In this document: positions 26,036-27,711 of the stretch, piece by piece
How positions within the stretch are numbered: position 1 is the first letter of the stretch
How the letters are laid out: each line of letters begins with the position of its first letter
Assembly: GCA_964623885.1 (NCBI GenBank)
Contig: CAZUVM010000142.1
Location: forward strand, 1 to 27,711
Length of the DNA stretch: 27,711 nucleotides
Origin: an uncultured Verrucomicrobiota bacterium
GTDB taxonomy: Bacteria; Verrucomicrobiota; Verrucomicrobiia; Limisphaerales; UBA8199
Direction: 5' to 3'
The notes under the pieces: model-generated
Told to the model about the DNA's origin: nothing
Database searches by the model: none
Seen by the model: the letters and a program-made list of their open reading frames with translations, nothing else
Position numbers and translations under genes: made by a program

Positions 26036-26296
26036 GAGCCAATTCTCCTGACCCGCATGGGTATCCTTGGGACATAACCCAGACAGACTGACTCAATTAC
26101 TTGACCTGAGCAACTGCGGAATCTCGGGGTTGCGTGGGAAGGAAACTAACGCACAAAGCGCATGACCCGACGAACAGACTTGGCGACTCCACGCCGCATC
26201 CCCTCATGGACGAAGCAGAACGCTGCCGCCGCCTCCTCCTCAGCGATGATTTCCACATTTGGCGCCCGCTCTGCCATACTCGCACCTTTTCTTCGC

Positions 26297-26953
26297 TCAA
26301 TTAACCGGCGGGTCGCCGAAGTGCGCTTTCCAGGAGGCGTAGGCAGCTTCGTCCGCAAGTTGCGCCTCGATCGTGGCAGCCAGAGGTTCGAATTTGACCG
26401 TGCCGGAAAAGACGGCGTGGTCGCCGATGCCGCTCTCGATGAGGAATGTTGGCCGCTGATTTACCTGAAGCGCATGAAACTCTGCGGTTGTTTTTTGAGC
26501 CGCGTCGGCGATCTCAGTAGACTTGGCGCTCGCGAGGAGTTTGTCCTCGGATAATCCTCCGGCTTTGGATGCCACCTTCACGGCGACTTCCCATCGGCCG
26601 ACCTTTTGGCCTTCGCGCAGCGCGGCGGTTGCGAGCGCCAGCCGCACACGATCGTCGGTGGCGCCCAGTGCTTTGGCTGCTTGAGCGACGTAATTGGGGA
26701 CGAGATACTGTTTAATCTCGGGCTCGAACCAGCCCGAATTTAGCTTGAATGCAGAGCGCATGGTGGTGCCGCTACGGCGGTAGAACCAATCGCACTGTGC
26801 TTGCGAAACCGGGTAACCTTCCGCCGACATTAGCGCAATTTTCCAATCGAATTCAGCTCGTCCGGCGTAACGCGATTTCAATTCCGCCCAAGCCGGCTCT
26901 GCCCAATAGCACCAGGATGAAATTACTTCGAGGTAATAGGTGACGTGGATCAT
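26297..26953 (-). CDS. DsbA-like thioredoxin-fold protein (FrnE/DSBA-like family)
   Basis: VISSWCYWAEPAW near the N-terminus resembles the DsbA-family thiol motif region, here with a single Cys. Overall length and composition are DsbA-like. Start taken at MIHVTYY. The 27 upstream codons of the ORF are encoded by the long palindrome and are unlikely to be translated. Confidence 0.55.
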   Translation of the reverse strand: MIHVTYYLEVISSWCYWAEPAWAELKSRYAGRAEFDWKIALMSAEGYPVSQAQCDWFYRRSGTTMRSAFKLNSGWFEPEIKQYLVPNYVAQAAKALGATDDRVRLALATAALREGQKVGRWEVAVKVASKAGGLSEDKLLASAKSTEIADAAQKTTAEFHALQVNQRPTFLIESGIGDHAVFSGTVKFEPLAATIEAQLADEAAYASWKAHFGDPPVN

Positions 26954-27002
26954 GTGGTCAAGATGCTGGGTTTGAAAAAGGAAGCCAACTTGAAACCTTG
27001 CG

Positions 27003-27070
27003 CGGAGCGCGGACAGTCCTGTCCGCAGCAACATTCGAACTTTGCTGCGGACAGGACTGTCCGCGCTCCG
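27003..27070. repeat. Near-perfect 68-bp palindrome: 29-bp arm CGGAGCGCGGACAGTCCTGTCCGCAGCAA, central CAttcgaaCT, then the exact reverse-complement arm. Each arm contains the nested palindrome GGACAG-tc-CTGTCC
   Basis: Read directly from the sequence. Only the 2+2 nt flanking the central TTCGAA break perfect dyad symmetry. Located between the mobA-like and dsbA-like genes. Confidence 0.7.
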
Positions 27071-27140
27071 AGGTTTGGTTGCGGTTTTGCCTCGCTCGGT
27101 ATTTCGTGGTCATTTCTTCGTCCCGTATTTCTGCCTCGGA

Positions 27141-27711
27141 TTACGAATTCCCCAGGCTCAGCGCCCTTACATAATCCTCCGGCCGATCGATATCCAAATC
27201 GAGGCCTGCGTCGTCGGACTCAAATAGCACGACTTTCTGGTTTTGCAGAAACTCCTTGAGATTCCCTGCAGGCGATTCCGCTAGTTGTTCGAAGATGCCT
27301 TTAGGCAACACTACAGGATGGCGAGGCTTGCCGGCATGTGCCGGCTGGCAGACTTTGTTCCCTTCATCAACTGCCAACTGCAATAACAGCCGCAAGGTGC
27401 TCATCTGTAGATGCGGCTGGTCTCCTAAAGTGACGACCCAGTGACTGAGGTCCCTTACCCGGCCGTTCCAATTTGCGGCGCACCGGATAGAACTGAACAT
27501 CCCCCGTTCCGGCGCCGGATTGAGCACGCGGTTACTTTCGGGAACGCGGAGACGATTTAACTCATGTGCGATTCTCTTGTCATCTTCGGCACACACCACA
27601 ACAATTTGCCGAGCACCCAGCGTTTTCCATTGTTCCAAAAGGTGTCCAAGCACCGAAGTTTGGCCCCAGGGCAGCAGGAGCTTGGGCTGGCCCATGCGAA
27701 GCGATCGGCCT
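27141..27711 (-). CDS. MobA-like NTP-transferase (molybdenum cofactor guanylyl/cytidylyltransferase family). 5' end runs off the window
   Basis: GRSLRMGQPKLLLPWG matches the MobA GGxSxRMG..K.LL motif. The frame stays open upstream of the Met at 27695 to the window edge. ...DLDIDRPEDY C-terminal region is typical of the family. Confidence 0.6.
   Translation of the reverse strand, partial: GRSLRMGQPKLLLPWGQTSVLGHLLEQWKTLGARQIVVVCAEDDKRIAHELNRLRVPESNRVLNPAPERGMFSSIRCAANWNGRVRDLSHWVVTLGDQPHLQMSTLRLLLQLAVDEGNKVCQPAHAGKPRHPVVLPKGIFEQLAESPAGNLKEFLQNQKVVLFESDDAGLDLDIDRPEDYVRALSLGNS

Noticed and set aside
26036-26296. Small ORFs 26097..26300 and 26146..26358 upstream of the adhesin gene
   Set aside because: Arg-rich, overlapping each other, located in the promoter and Shine-Dalgarno region (AGGAGA at about 26045) of the giant gene.
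26954-27034. N-terminal extension of the dsbA-like ORF, and plus-strand ORF 27042..27227
   Set aside because: Both are artefacts of reading through the 68-bp palindrome (LRTGLSALR encoded on both strands). Not credible coding sequence.
1-27711. CRISPR arrays, rRNA, tRNA, diversity-generating retroelement (TR/VR plus reverse transcriptase) targeting the giants
   Set aside because: No regularly spaced direct repeats, no reverse-transcriptase ORF and no convincing cloverleaf were seen by eye. Absence is not proven without tRNAscan, Infernal or a dot-plot.

Overview
This is a 27.7-kb, high-GC (roughly 60%) bacterial chromosomal segment. Ig-like 'QWYRDG' domains, very large secreted multidomain proteins and weak Shine-Dalgarno usage suggest a Verrucomicrobiota/PVC-type genome, but this is inference only. 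Gene content, in order: (1) a complete 1388-bp insertion sequence at the very start of the window (1..1388), bounded by perfect 24-bp terminal inverted repeats and carrying a DDE transposase split over two overlapping frames. (2) A housekeeping stretch on the + strand: Dabb stress protein, a membrane-anchored SGNH/GDSL hydrolase, ribD, ribE, a hotdog thioesterase and a secreted DinB_2 protein. (3) A 1856-aa secreted CotH-family kinase-like protein with an N-terminal Ig-like domain, a CotH core and four lamin-tail domains (LTD), followed by an 81-aa secreted protein. (4) A DUF2721 membrane protein, a UVR-motif protein, a YqgE/AlgH protein and a flotillin-like SPFH protein. (5) A 2881-aa secreted adhesin-like protein with DUF11, a Kelch-like beta-propeller, at least four Calx-beta domains, a LamG-like jelly roll and a duplicated [beta-propeller + DUF11] unit. 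(6) A DsbA-like thioredoxin-fold protein and a MobA-like nucleotidyltransferase that runs off the window end. The most notable observation is that the two giant secreted proteins, otherwise unrelated in domain content, end in the same C-terminal module. It consists of a TSP3-like acidic calcium-binding repeat (D-x-[DN]-x-[DN]-G-L-P-D-x-W-E ... N-[LW]-Q-E-Y-x-A-G) followed by a roughly 65-aa beta-rich domain that terminates in [RK]-F-Y-R-[LVA] next to the stop codon. The CotH protein has one copy and the adhesin has two tandem copies, which suggests a shared sorting or anchoring signal. Other non-coding signals: a 9-6-9 palindrome inside an AT-rich promoter island upstream of the CotH gene; a near-perfect 68-bp palindrome with nested palindromes between the mobA-like and dsbA-like genes; and a triplicated 16-nt motif in the 5' leader of the GDSL hydrolase gene that can form mutually exclusive hairpins. 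No CRISPR array, tRNA or rRNA was recognised. All family assignments are from motif recognition by eye and need HMM or BLAST confirmation. Coordinates of non-ORF features may be off by 1-2 nt.
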